Positions 1 to 10,906 of a DNA stretch of 64,000 bases are shown here, piece by piece. The DNA lies in NCBI GenBank assembly GCA_022813865.1, contig JALDZX010000032.1:62001-126000 (forward strand), in the 5' to 3' direction. The DNA comes from Xylographa opegraphella. Lineage: Eukaryota. The first letter of the stretch is position 1; each line of letters opens with the position of its first letter. The notes below the pieces were generated by a model, which saw nothing but the letters and a program-made list of their open reading frames with translations, searched no databases and was not told where the DNA came from. The position numbers were made by a program, and so were the translations under genes.

Positions 1-712
1 CGTCAGCGATTGAGCTTAGCGCTTGCCTCAATCCCTCAGACAGGATGCACTAAGCCCCCCCGGGTTAGTGCTCCTACTTTGCTGACTAACAAGTCAGGAG
101 TGGTTGCACTTTATGCCATGGGGACTAACGGAGGGTTTTCCCACTGGGACAAAAGGACAATTGATATCAGAGGTACCTTGAAGTACATGATATGTGTAGA
201 ACCCACATGTAGGTAAGCCCCAGTACGTCGGGTTACCTACTAACTCTAACCCGCAGGGACTTAGTGTGCCCCGTCGGAGGGACTGAGGCAACTTAGCGCC
301 AAGGCCGTGCGACTGCCGAGTCAATGCATCCACAAGAGCTGCAGGAGTGGCGAACAACACGGGTTGTCTGAGACGTCGTTGGACTGTCCGCAGCGCTCCC
401 ATGCGAGGTGGCCGTCGGCGGCAGACGCTAGAATGGTCCGTTGTGAGGGAAAGATAGACATCCTACAGCTTGCTATCTTGGACATGAGCCACTCCAATCC
501 AACTGACTGGTGAGATTGGCATTTGGAATGCTAAGGGTATTTTAAGTATTTAATATTTCAACATTTGACGGGGGAGGACCCCGTGGATCTCTCTGACTTC
601 TGCGGAAGAGACCGAATCAAATCATCAGCTCGAGATAGAACAATCATCAATGTTGTCAGGGCTTTACTTGCACTTTCACACTGACCTGAAAGCTTTATAG
701 AGCTTTGCGACA
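1..712. ncRNA. Candidate large structured ncRNA (partial, runs off the left edge); hypothesis: 3' part of telomerase RNA
   Basis: Long imperfect stem 15-68/246-303 enclosing several hairpins (82-87/92-97, 209-216/233-240). Further helices at 344-351/488-495, 451-457/473-479 and 568-573/579-584. P6.1-like hairpin GCAT-TTGGA-ATGC at 519-531. No recognisable protein ORF. Confidence 0.45.
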
Positions 713-723
713 CTCGTCCAAGC

Positions 724-1818
724 ATGGTAGCTCAGGCAGCACAACTCCCTCGGGAACTGTTGAGCGAGGTTTTTGGCTTTTTGGACACTCCTGCTCCTTC
801 ACTTGCCAGGCTTCAGCAGCAGCCGGCTCCAGATTTGACTGATTCTCCGACTGTCGACCTGAAGTCTATCTCCGCTGTCTCATGGAGCTGGAGGCAGATT
901 GTGCTTCGGCTCCTGTTCAAGCATACTCGCGTGCTGCTGAAATGGGATGCAGATTCTCGCTGGACCTCGAACATCGAGGCTATGCTGAAGTTCGTCGAGA
1001 GAAGCGTAATAGCTTCTACCATCCAAAGCTTGACAATCATTTTCAACAAGTCGGAGGAAGAAAAGCAACTCTCGGAAGAGAAGCCACCTCCGGGCAAAAT
1101 AGATCAAATGTGGGCATCAGTATTTGATACCATTAGTCCCCAGCGCCTTACTGTCGTTGCTTCACCCAGGATACTAAGCTACATGACATCGTGCTCCCTC
1201 TCGAGACCCATCCTGGCTCACTACCACATCTCTCACCAGATACTGTCCTTGGTCCTTGCTCATCCCACAGAACTTTCTCAGATCTCCGCGGCGAAACCAT
1301 CCCTCCTCTCGATTCGCCCGTGGTCGAGCTTACTCCTCAACGAAGGTTCCTTCATCAGAGCATACAGCATTTGCGGGTATCCCTATATAGGCACCAATCC
1401 ACCGTCGATCCTGACAGACCTTGTCGGCGGCAACCGCAAAACGAATAAATTTATCCTTCCGTCCTCAATTCAGGACTTCTCATACATCGCAATCTTTCCA
1501 TTTTCTTTCCACTTTGGCAATCTCAGGAACCTGCCGCCTCAAGTGCGCAGGCTCTTCGTCAAGCTCATGCCAAGCGGTAACGTGCTTGCCGACCCGTGGC
1601 AGACAGCGCAGGCAAACGTGCTGGATCTAGTACGGGAGAGGAACAGTTGCTACGAGCAACTGCTGATGTTGGTATCGAAGCCGGAAGAGGCCAAGCTGCA
1701 CCGGCATCTGAAACTGATCGAATGTGGGGATGGCGATACCGAGCCGGCGTGGGGCGCGGAGGTGGCTAAACACCACGATGATATAGCTAATATCAATAGC
1801 GGCATAATCATACGATGA
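724..1818 (+). CDS. F-box domain protein
   Basis: 364-aa ORF with an N-terminal F-box-like motif LPRELLSEVFGFLD...LKSISAVSWSWRQIV...LFKH and a fungal F-box-protein-like LLLNEGSFIRAYS segment. Confidence 0.75.
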   Translation: MVAQAAQLPRELLSEVFGFLDTPAPSLARLQQQPAPDLTDSPTVDLKSISAVSWSWRQIVLRLLFKHTRVLLKWDADSRWTSNIEAMLKFVERSVIASTIQSLTIIFNKSEEEKQLSEEKPPPGKIDQMWASVFDTISPQRLTVVASPRILSYMTSCSLSRPILAHYHISHQILSLVLAHPTELSQISAAKPSLLSIRPWSSLLLNEGSFIRAYSICGYPYIGTNPPSILTDLVGGNRKTNKFILPSSIQDFSYIAIFPFSFHFGNLRNLPPQVRRLFVKLMPSGNVLADPWQTAQANVLDLVRERNSCYEQLLMLVSKPEEAKLHRHLKLIECGDGDTEPAWGAEVAKHHDDIANINSGIIIR

Positions 1819-2874
1819 TCGTGACTGCAGCCAGCTTCCCGCCTCATGTCTGTGCTCGAATTCTGTAAGTGCTTTTACGCTCGTTACTACTTTGACTTTG
1901 TATAATCATGTATCTGAGGTATTGCTTGACCTTTTTACCTATGAAGCTTTATGTAGTAGTACCATACGTCCTGCCCTCAATTGTGTATGCTGTGAACCTC
2001 GAGCCTCTTCTTGAAATATACTTGGAATATCGAAGTGGTACAACTTAGCAGGAACCAAAGGAGCGAACAGATGACCACTCAATGGACGACTTGACGATCA
2101 ATTATCTTCAGAATGCACAGCTTGAAAGGCTTGCCAATCGAATCTACTATAGCCACTGACTGAGGATGGACCATACGAAGAGCTTTGATCTCTCAACGAG
2201 GAATTTAGGGAAGCGTCTAGATGCTTTGGAAGCGGAAGGCTGGAAGCGAAAGGCTTCGAGTAACTTACAATCCAAAGAATCAAAGTTTGACTCAGATGGG
2301 CAAGATTCTCGATAGGCTTGGTTACTTGCCTCTAGCCATCGATCAAGCAGCCGCATGTTTGCAAACAAGACTCTGCAATCGCCCTGGCATACTATGAGCG
2401 TGCATATATTCGACTGTGTGAAATTTATGGTGAAGCACAGGCATCGAGACCTGAATCGCTGAACGGAACCGGGAGGGTATGTAGCCACCAGGTGACCGCC
2501 ATCTCGGCGTCGAATTTGGACCTGTTTAGGGGGCAAATGATCTCGATTATAAAACCCCTCATTCACGCGCAACACGCCGTTACGAGACACAACGTACAGC
2601 AACGTACAGCAATGTACTGCAACCGACCTTACCGCCATAACCTTTGACTGCAACGCAGTTGCAATTAATCCGCGCCGAAAGCCAATCAACTACTCTAGCA
2701 TTCTTGTGTAAAACCACTCGCAACTTTGCGGGTCCAGCAAGTAATGATTAAGTGCCACCACGCTCTTTGGTAGGGGGTCCATGGGGTTTCCCTCGCAAAA
2801 TATTATATAACTACTCGAAAGACCGTCCGCAGGAGCCTGGGGGAGGCTGAAATGTTAAAATAATAAGCATTCAA

Positions 2875-3072
2875 GAGGCCTTCTTTGCCGTCGTATCTTC
2901 ATACATTCTACATTCCCGCAATCTCTCAGATGTCCGAGTACAGAAAGTCTATCGCACATTTACTCGTGAACGTCAAGGCTATAGCGTTATGGAATACGTC
3001 TTGCGTCCGCTGGCTTCTATCCCGCCGTCTTCGAGGCTTTTGCTATTCAGCATTTTCAAAGATACGAGTTAA
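2875..3072 (+). pseudogene. Possible relic of an APH/choline-kinase-like phosphotransferase gene
   Basis: An ATG-less frame reads DVRVQKVYRTFTRERQGYSVMEYV, resembling the VP(K)VY...GYIVMEYV N-lobe motif of fungal APH-like kinases. It ends at a stop with no catalytic HxD/DWE motif. Confidence 0.3.
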
Positions 3073-4693
3073 GAGATCTCTTCTATAGCCTAGTTCTTTC
3101 GCGACTATATTTAGACACCCATGCTCGACGCTTTATATTCTGTATGGTATTACAACGTTACAGTCGGTGGATCTCCACCTTAACGTACGTGTTTCTATAC
3201 GGTCAAGAGTTGGCTTAAGTTAAGGTTGGAGAGAGGCAATCACAACTCATTCGACAGGTAGGAACGAGGGAAGAGATTCATATCCCTGGTAGTGTCTACT
3301 ACAGTCAATTGGTTCAATATACCTCGGGAGGCTTTCAATGACCCGGAGCTCTATCGTTGACTTCCTCAGAATGTTATCCGCTTCTGTCGTCCGAAAATTT
3401 GCTCTCATAATTGTTTCTATCAGAGTTCGCACAGCCAGACCGAGGAACGAATATTGTACATGTTCGCGTCGTCTAAGTCGACCGTGAATGGAGAGATCTG
3501 GTATTATTGCAAAGAATGACGCCGCTTGTGCCGCTGCATCTGACGCCGCCGTAACCGCTATCTTTCGCGGCAGAACTCAAACATATTCCGCAAGCAGACA
3601 TTTTCAACGAGAGACTCGGCTTCACGGTATCTTTACAACGTAGCTTGAACTTCTTCAGAAAATCCTTGATGAGGAAATGCACTTCTTTGGGATTGAGGAC
3701 AAGGTTGGAAATGGAAAACGGAAATATTATCCTAACACCACATACATCCGGGGGGTGCCGTCTGTCTATAGAAACAGGAACGACGAAGATGCAAAGGTTA
3801 ACGAGTCGAGGGAATGAATGACGTTGTTCGCGCATTACGTACTCCTCTTGTGACCCAGTCTACAATGACATCTTTCCAGGCTGATTGGTTCGGGTTCTCT
3901 TCTCAGATGTCGCGGATCAACCAAACACGGAGACAGCGTCAGTATCCTCACGGGAATAAGAGTAGTAAGACATGTGTCACACTGAGGCGACACCCTTGGG
4001 GTGCTCTAATGCTGAGAGATCGTATCTCGATGGCATACCCACCCTTCAATCTGCCAACCGTAACTTATCTACCCTCTCAGCAAGTCTCATGTCTTAAGAA
4101 GTACCCACGGCATATTTAGCATTCTAACGATCATAGCAAGCAGAGTCGTTTGGTAATATTGGTGCTTGACCTCGGTATTTCTCGGCCTCTGTCACCTTCT
4201 ATCTCGCCTTTCGGGGAAGTTTGAAGGAGACATGGGTTCGGCAGCGACACCCGTGACTGTTAACAGCTGCCACTCGCAGATATACTCGAAGATGGGCACG
4301 ATATAGCCGCAGTCTATCTTCCTAAATTGGAAGAGCCAGTCTCGCTAGCATATTAGGGCAGTGCGGTAGGATATATGGGTATTATGCGTGATTTTTTAGA
4401 GTATGGAGATGCGATCTTAATGGTAAAGTAAGGCTCTGGCAGCTTTGTGTGCCGGCATTGATGACATTTTCTATAAGAATACGGAATCCCTGCCTTATAT
4501 AGTCCATGCTGTATTGTCGTTGCCGAGAACGCTGTTTCTGAATATTTGAACTTGAAATGCTCGCTTAAAAGTCGGCCTAAGGAAAGGCCTTAGCGTCACG
4601 CTAGCTGATGTTCGCGCACATTGCTCCACCACTATCAAAGCCGAGGGCAAATCGACAACATCAGCACGACCAAAGTTCTTTCAGATCGCAATC

Positions 4694-5672
4694 ATGGCTG
4701 TAGGAAAGTCAGTTCTCGATGTTGCATCAGAGTTACAGAGAAAGATGCTAAAGGTATTACCAGGAACAAACGGCTTTCCAAAGGCAAGAAGGGTCTCAAG
4801 AAGCGAACACAAGATCCTTTCACTCGCAAGGACTGGTTCTCGATCAAGGTATGCTATAAAACGCTGTTAGAGCCAGGCAACCTTCTAATCAAATACAGGC
4901 ACCATCGACGTTCCAAGTCCGAGAGTAAGCCTAATTCCACCTGAGTCCTCAAAACACCGCTAACGTAGGCAGTGTGGGCAAGACTTTAGTGAACAGGACA
5001 ACTGGGTTGAAGAATGCGAACGACTCCCTTAAAGGCCGTATAATCGAAGTCTCACTCGCGGATTTACAAAAGGATGAAGATCATGCCTTCAGGAAGGTCA
5101 AGCTGAGGATAGACGAGGTCCAAGGCAAGAATTGTCTGACCAATTTCCACGGCCTTGACTTCACCTCGGACAAGCTGCGCTCTCTCGTTCGAAAGTGGCA
5201 AAGTTTGATCGAAGCCAACGTTACCGTCAAAACCACAGACGACTACCTCATCCGTATGTTCGCAATTGCCTTCACTAAGAGACGCCCCAACCAAATCAAG
5301 AAGACTACATATGCCGCCTCATCACAAATTCGGGCTATCCGTAAGAAGATGGTCGAAATCATTCAACGAGAGGCATCCAGCTGCACTCTATCGCAGCTGA
5401 CCACAAAGCTCATCCCGGAGGTTATTGGTCGCGAGATCGAAAAGGCTACACAAGGCATATACCCTCTCCAAAATGTGTGTTGCAATGAGCCTATTAACGA
5501 GAATACCGGAAGACGCTGACAACATTAGGTTCATATCCGCAAGGTCAAGCTCTTGAAAGCGCCAAAGTTTGACCTTGGTGCCTTGCTCAACTTACATGGC
5601 GAGTCAAACACCGACGAGCAGGGTCAGAAGGTCGAGCGAGAATTCAAAGAAACTGTCCTGGAGAGTGTCTAG
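4694..5672 (+). CDS. RPS1: 40S ribosomal protein eS1 (S3a)
   Basis: Exons 4694-4707, 4764-4848, 4899-4924, 4973-5474, 5529-5672 give [38 protein letters not shown]...[20 protein letters not shown]...LESV*. Confidence 0.98.
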
Positions 5673-6237
5673 ATATGATGGGAGGCTTAGGCTGGGCCGA
5701 TTGATGGGGTCAGATTTGTGTCTGTTTCTGGCGATTATTACGAGCTTTAGAAACTATCAAACCAGGCTGCATCAAACCTTGTTGCTGCTCGTGAGTCTAT
5801 TGTTGATCAACTCCGAGTATGACATGATGATATCAGCAATTCGTGTCAACCGAAACTCGATTCGTCGACGCAGTTATCGCGTACTATTTTTGCATGCTAT
5901 GAGCTACTTTATGCCGGCAACATTGCGAGTCCTACGACATGTAAAATAGGATAGTGGATTCGAGATCCGCAACGAGATATTTGATATTCGCACTGTTACG
6001 GACTGCAGGCTGTCTAGATTTCACGCCTGTCAAGTAAATCAGGATACTACTCATACATAAAACGTACTGAACCTTCAAACTACAGAGCAGATCTGTCAAT
6101 TGAAGTAGCAACCATATTTACATATCTCTTGCAAAGGACTATGCCTAATCGACCTTCATCATAGTGGTACAATCCTCTTCATGCGGCCCTTACCGGCCTT
6201 AGTCTGAACTGACTCATCGTCTCGAAACCATATCACT

Positions 6238-7413
6238 TCACCCTTTGTCTTGCAAGAATTCTACCACGGCTATGAAACGGCGTTAGGCTGTACTCCGTCA
6301 ACAGGAGGAGGACCTTGTACGTACCCCGTCGGAACTGCTCCGGCTGCTCCGATATGACCCAGTGGTGACTGTCGACGTCACAAAGCTCGAACCTTGGAAA
6401 GAACCTCCCGATTAGTGGCAGTACTTCATCTGGGACGTAGTCGCTTTTGACCCCGCGCACAAAGAGGGTCGGCCCATCGTATCGTGCTTGGTCCGGGTCC
6501 TTGAAGGGGAAGTCGCCCATGTTACCCAGCGCGGCTGCGAGTATCTGGATTGGTATGCGGAATTGCATGTGTTTCGCGCCTGGCGGGCGGACTAGATTTG
6601 TCAAGAGGAATTGGCGAATGGGCAATGACTATCGTAGATTATCAATCACCTCGATTCGTACTTGAAGGTGAAGGCTTGTTGCGCACCTCTTCGAAGTCTT
6701 GAAGAATATGATCTGCTTCTATTGCCTTCGTGACTTGCGCCTCCATTATCTTCCGCATGCCCTGGGTGTACTTGGCGAAATTCCCCTTCAAAATAGCGTC
6801 TGCCGGCGCATTATCCACAGGCACGAGCGAGCTGATACTGGTAGGCGATTGCAATGCTACGGTCATGGCCACTTTGGCGCCCCTGCAACATTCTAGTCAC
6901 GTTGGGGTTGTGTGGATGAAGATATACAGACATAGAATGGCCAATCAGGCAAGGTTTCTCAATGTTATGTTGGTCCATGAATTCCTCGATATCGTCTGCC
7001 ATGGCAGTATAATCGTGCCGCGGATCATGTGGAGAATCTCCATGGTTTCGCAAATCCTAGGCCTGGTTCAGGATGTTTAGAGCTGGCAAGTTCCCCTCCA
7101 ATCATACTAACCACAGCATAGACAGATGTCTTCAGATCACGGGCTATTGCCCTGAAAAAGAATGTTAGTCACGGTAACATCAGGAGAGTGTCAAACACGC
7201 TCACTTACTAATGCTCCGATTGTTCTGCTTCGAACCAAACAGACCATGCATGAACAGAATGGGAGCTTGCGTAGGGTCGAGGTCGCCCGGAGACTTGTGT
7301 AGTTCATATGCTAGAGAAAGATATCGTTTTTGATAGATACCCGGCGAGGACACCGACACTGTATACGATAGCCTGCAGAGCGGCCATAACTGAGGCGCTC
7401 GAACATGGTTCAT
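6238..7413 (-). CDS. Alpha/beta hydrolase, ABHD11/Imo32-like (probably mitochondrial)
   Basis: Spliced ORFs give PILFMHGLFGSKQNNRSIS, DLRNHGDSPH, the GHSMG nucleophile elbow, VDNAP and HWVISEQPEQF. Five GT-AG introns. Confidence 0.9.
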
Positions 7414-7904
7414 ACTGTCCCATTGGTGCAACAACGAGCGAAGACCCGAACGTTTCGATAAATCGCGCGACCGCGGAGTAATGCTCACCCGAGACCTTAC
7501 GCGCTCGGCCCGGAGTATCGGAACGGCTTATCTCAGTCCCGTTGCGCTTGCCTGGGAAGCGACTTTGCAGACGTCGAGCAAGTATCAAAATCGAGGATAC
7601 TGACTGCATGAGGATGAACCAGAGGCGTGTACACGTGCATTTTACGATGCTTTCGGGTTTATATCTCTATGCCTCCCTCCGAAATTCGAATGAATATTTC
7701 AGTCCGTTCACAACTCGCATCATCAGTGTTTTAAATAAAAACAAAACTTTCATCTGTCTATCCACTTTATCTGCTTTTCTAGAGCCACAGTCCATTGCAT
7801 AAGCACTCAGAAGCCTCGTGCTCCAGCAGCCTTTTCCACTTGACCTTTTCTGTTCAGCACTCACCTCTCCCACATTCTTCCCCAGGTACGGTTCCCTTCT
7901 CCAA

Positions 7905-8336
7905 ATGCCCTACACAATCGACTGCTTCCTCTGGCGCGCCCCTCATCTCACCCCCACCGAGTTCAAAACCCACTACGAAACCAAGCACGTTCCGCTTCTC
8001 CGTGCCGTCACGGGACCCGTTTCCCCCCAGACCCATACACGTTACTACCTTCCCAAGCACACCCATCCCTCTCCCCCAGACAGTCTCACCACTACCACCA
8101 CCACCACAACGGCGTCCATTCCGACGGTCTTGATGGGCACCCCTGAGAATTTCAGCTACAACGTGATTGCGAAGCTGGTATTCGAGGACGAGAAGGCATT
8201 TCAGGCGTTTCACACGAGACTCATGGAGCCGGATGTATCGAAGCTTCTGGGGGAGGACGAGGGGAGGTTTATGGTGAGGGGGATGCTGAGAACTGTGAGG
8301 GTTGAGGATGGGGTCGTTACTGTTAGGGAGGCGTAA
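7905..8336 (+). CDS. EthD-domain (dimeric alpha/beta barrel) protein
   Basis: MPYTIDCFLWRAPHLTPTEFKTHYETKHVPLL...YNVIAKLVFEDEKAF...EDEGRF, the typical fungal EthD signature. Confidence 0.8.
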   Translation: MPYTIDCFLWRAPHLTPTEFKTHYETKHVPLLRAVTGPVSPQTHTRYYLPKHTHPSPPDSLTTTTTTTTASIPTVLMGTPENFSYNVIAKLVFEDEKAFQAFHTRLMEPDVSKLLGEDEGRFMVRGMLRTVRVEDGVVTVREA

Positions 8337-8549
8337 GCGGGTGGGGTGAAAAGGGGGTTGGATTGGATTGGAGGGAACAGGTGGCCAGGTGGATGGCCTG
8401 TAGGTCTTTGAAAAGAGAAGCGAAGGCGACGTATATGTCAAATCGTAATACTTTATAAAGCTCGTCCGAGGTTGAAGCAGAAATGTATTCTGAAGCCTGT
8501 AATAGCTCATCTCTGCATATACACTGTTGCAAGAGATCTCGTCCGCGGC

Positions 8550-10563
8550 TTAGATCGGAGGAGCAGGCCGAAGCACTCTTGCCACTACCTTTGCCGCTGC
8601 TCTGGCTTCCTTACGTGCCTGAACTCTGTCGACAGGAGGCCTCCTGATAGCTGGTCTGCTAGCTTTCTTTGCACGCTTCCCGCCTATCTTCCTGCCTACA
8701 CCTGTATCACCATTCCGCGCGTTATTCTCCTTCGCAGAGGAGTCTTCTCCACCTCCAGCACTTTCTGCGGAAGCTTCAGCGGCAGCTTCTGCGGCAGCTT
8801 CTTCTGCTCTCTCCCGAACGGCTTCTTCCATTGCCTCTTTCTCCTTTGCCTGTTCTTCCTCTAATCTTTTGCGGTCTTCCGCCATATCATGTTCATGTTC
8901 CTTGGGATCTTTATAGACGGTATTGGACAGCTTCGAGAACTCCTCCATATCGACCGCCAGCTTCTCACCAAGGAGGGTGGACTTTATTCTCTCGGGAAAG
9001 GACTTCTCCTCCTTCGAGAATTTTAGCTTGACAGCTTTTCTACTTTTCCCGGGGAACATCTTGCAAATCATACTGAAGTCCGTACCAAACATCCGTAACC
9101 CATCGTAAAACTGGTCAGTCATTGCTTCGTTCCATTTCGTTTTCCGTTCCCTTTTCATATATGTGCCCGAATTGACCTTATGAGAAAGCGAATCAACCAC
9201 AACCACAGCCTCGTCATCTCCTCGTGCCTCATTCGCGAGTGCCACTCGATCAATAGTCCGAGAACTCTCATCGTGTACAAGCTGACCATTGACTATTCGG
9301 ACACTGGGAACCAATGCTCTCAGCTGTGAGCGGTTGCTATCTCCTGTTCCAGTGTCGGCATCCGCATTCGCTGTTTGCCGCTGCGCTATAACGTCACTCG
9401 AAACTTCCGTCTCCACAGATAACTGCTCCACATCTGTTTTCTTAGCCGAAAGTTCTTTCGCGTCACGTGCTTGCAAAGCAGTTTCCCGTTTTGACTTTTT
9501 CCCAGCCCGATTGTCTTGACATAAATCTGCCATTGTAACGACGCCAGGTTCTATTCGTAACGATTCGGCATTCTCGGGAGTATGTGCTCTTTTCCTTGTT
9601 GCTGTACTCCGTTCCCGCCGTTTGTTACTCCTGTCGCCTGATTCCCCATCGCCTCGTGTGGCATCTGCAACAACGGCTGCTGCCAGACCTTCCATTCTTC
9701 GCTTACCCTTGGCTTTAGCGGTCTGCTTTGTCTTCTGAGGTTTTGCGACTTGCATGGTAGTGCCATTATTTGAGCCGACGGCCAGCTCTATTGAGTTCTC
9801 CTGGCCGTGATCGGCTTGCATCGGCTGAGTGAGTTTGGGAAGCACATTTGCAGCTTGTGGTGTACTCGCAACTTTCTCCGGTGGATTGGTCTTACGTCTC
9901 TTTGCAGCAGGTTGCGAAGTTGGATCCTCGAGTCCGTGAGTAGACACAATCGTATCGCCTGTCGTAACGGTCGGTGGTGGAGCTTCTGTGATTGTTTGTG
10001 TGGCTGTGAGCTGGTTGCTAGTAATGCCGTTTGTGGATATAGGCGCTCCATGTTGTTTGGACTGCTGATACGAATGTTTTGTTCTGGGTAAGTTGATTGC
10101 AACTGCATTCTCAACGTCAAAATTTGTGTCTGATGTTTCAGGGCTTGGAGCTACGACAGGTGCACTGTCAGGTTCCCTAGCTACTTCTGGTCCTGGAATG
10201 GCATCTTGCGTTGTGTTCTGCGGATTTGAAGCAGCCGCTACCTGACTGCTTTGTCGAAGATTGTTTGAGCCAGTAGCTTTTATTGTGTCGGTAGAGCTTG
10301 TAAGGGCAGTCTTTGTGAGCGCCGCCGATGTGAGAATAGCTGGTTGCGTAGCAAGATCTTGACGTGTATGCGACTGTGGACCAACCTGCTGCTCAGCAAT
10401 ATCATGAACCAAGCTTGGGTTCGAGCCAGCTGCGGCTGGTCGACGAGTAGGCGCCTTCGGCTTGAAGTCTTTTTTCGACTTGCCTACATGGTGTGTCAGT
10501 GATGACAACATAGGCGACAATCCAAACAGACATACTGAGGTATGACGACACCGCAGAGGCCAT
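8550..10563 (-). CDS. BDP1: TFIIIB subunit B'' (Bdp1)
   Basis: Short exon MASAVSSYL plus an intron joins the 656-aa ORF (KKDFKPKAP). C-terminal SANT domain KWNEAMTDQFYDGLRMFGTDFSMICKMFPGKSRKAVKLKFSKEEK, preceded by PSVRIVNGQLVHDESS. Confidence 0.9.
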
Positions 10564-10906
10564 GGCGAGTGAGGTTACTCCCGAACACAGTTGTGAGGGA
10601 ACTCCCACACCGCCTCATGCTTCGTAACTTGTGTACATGGGAATTGAGTTGGGGGACGTGGGGGTACTGTACTATGGTAATTTACCCCTGCTCTCAGATA
10701 GTCCACGTGACCAGACGTCGCTACTTTAGCGTCCGCTCCTTTGAGACAGAGATTGTAAACCTCGAATCAGTCCTCCTTTCATGCAGGCATACCTTCAACA
10801 GCGCTATAGACTATATCACTACCCGGGGAGAGCTTGGGAAGTGCTCACATGATCATCTGGTGGCCGGGGTATCAATTAAATCACCGCCTACGGGCCGTTG
10901 GCACTG

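Noticed and set aside
240..253. CTAACTCTAACCC as a telomerase template
   Set aside because: It is not a perfect CTAACCCTAA repeat, and most of it is paired in the 61-68/246-253 helix.
2730..2765. TCCAGCAAGTAATGATTAAGTG as a possible DNA-transposon terminal repeat
   Set aside because: No partner inverted copy, TSD or transposase was seen; the resemblance is only impressionistic.
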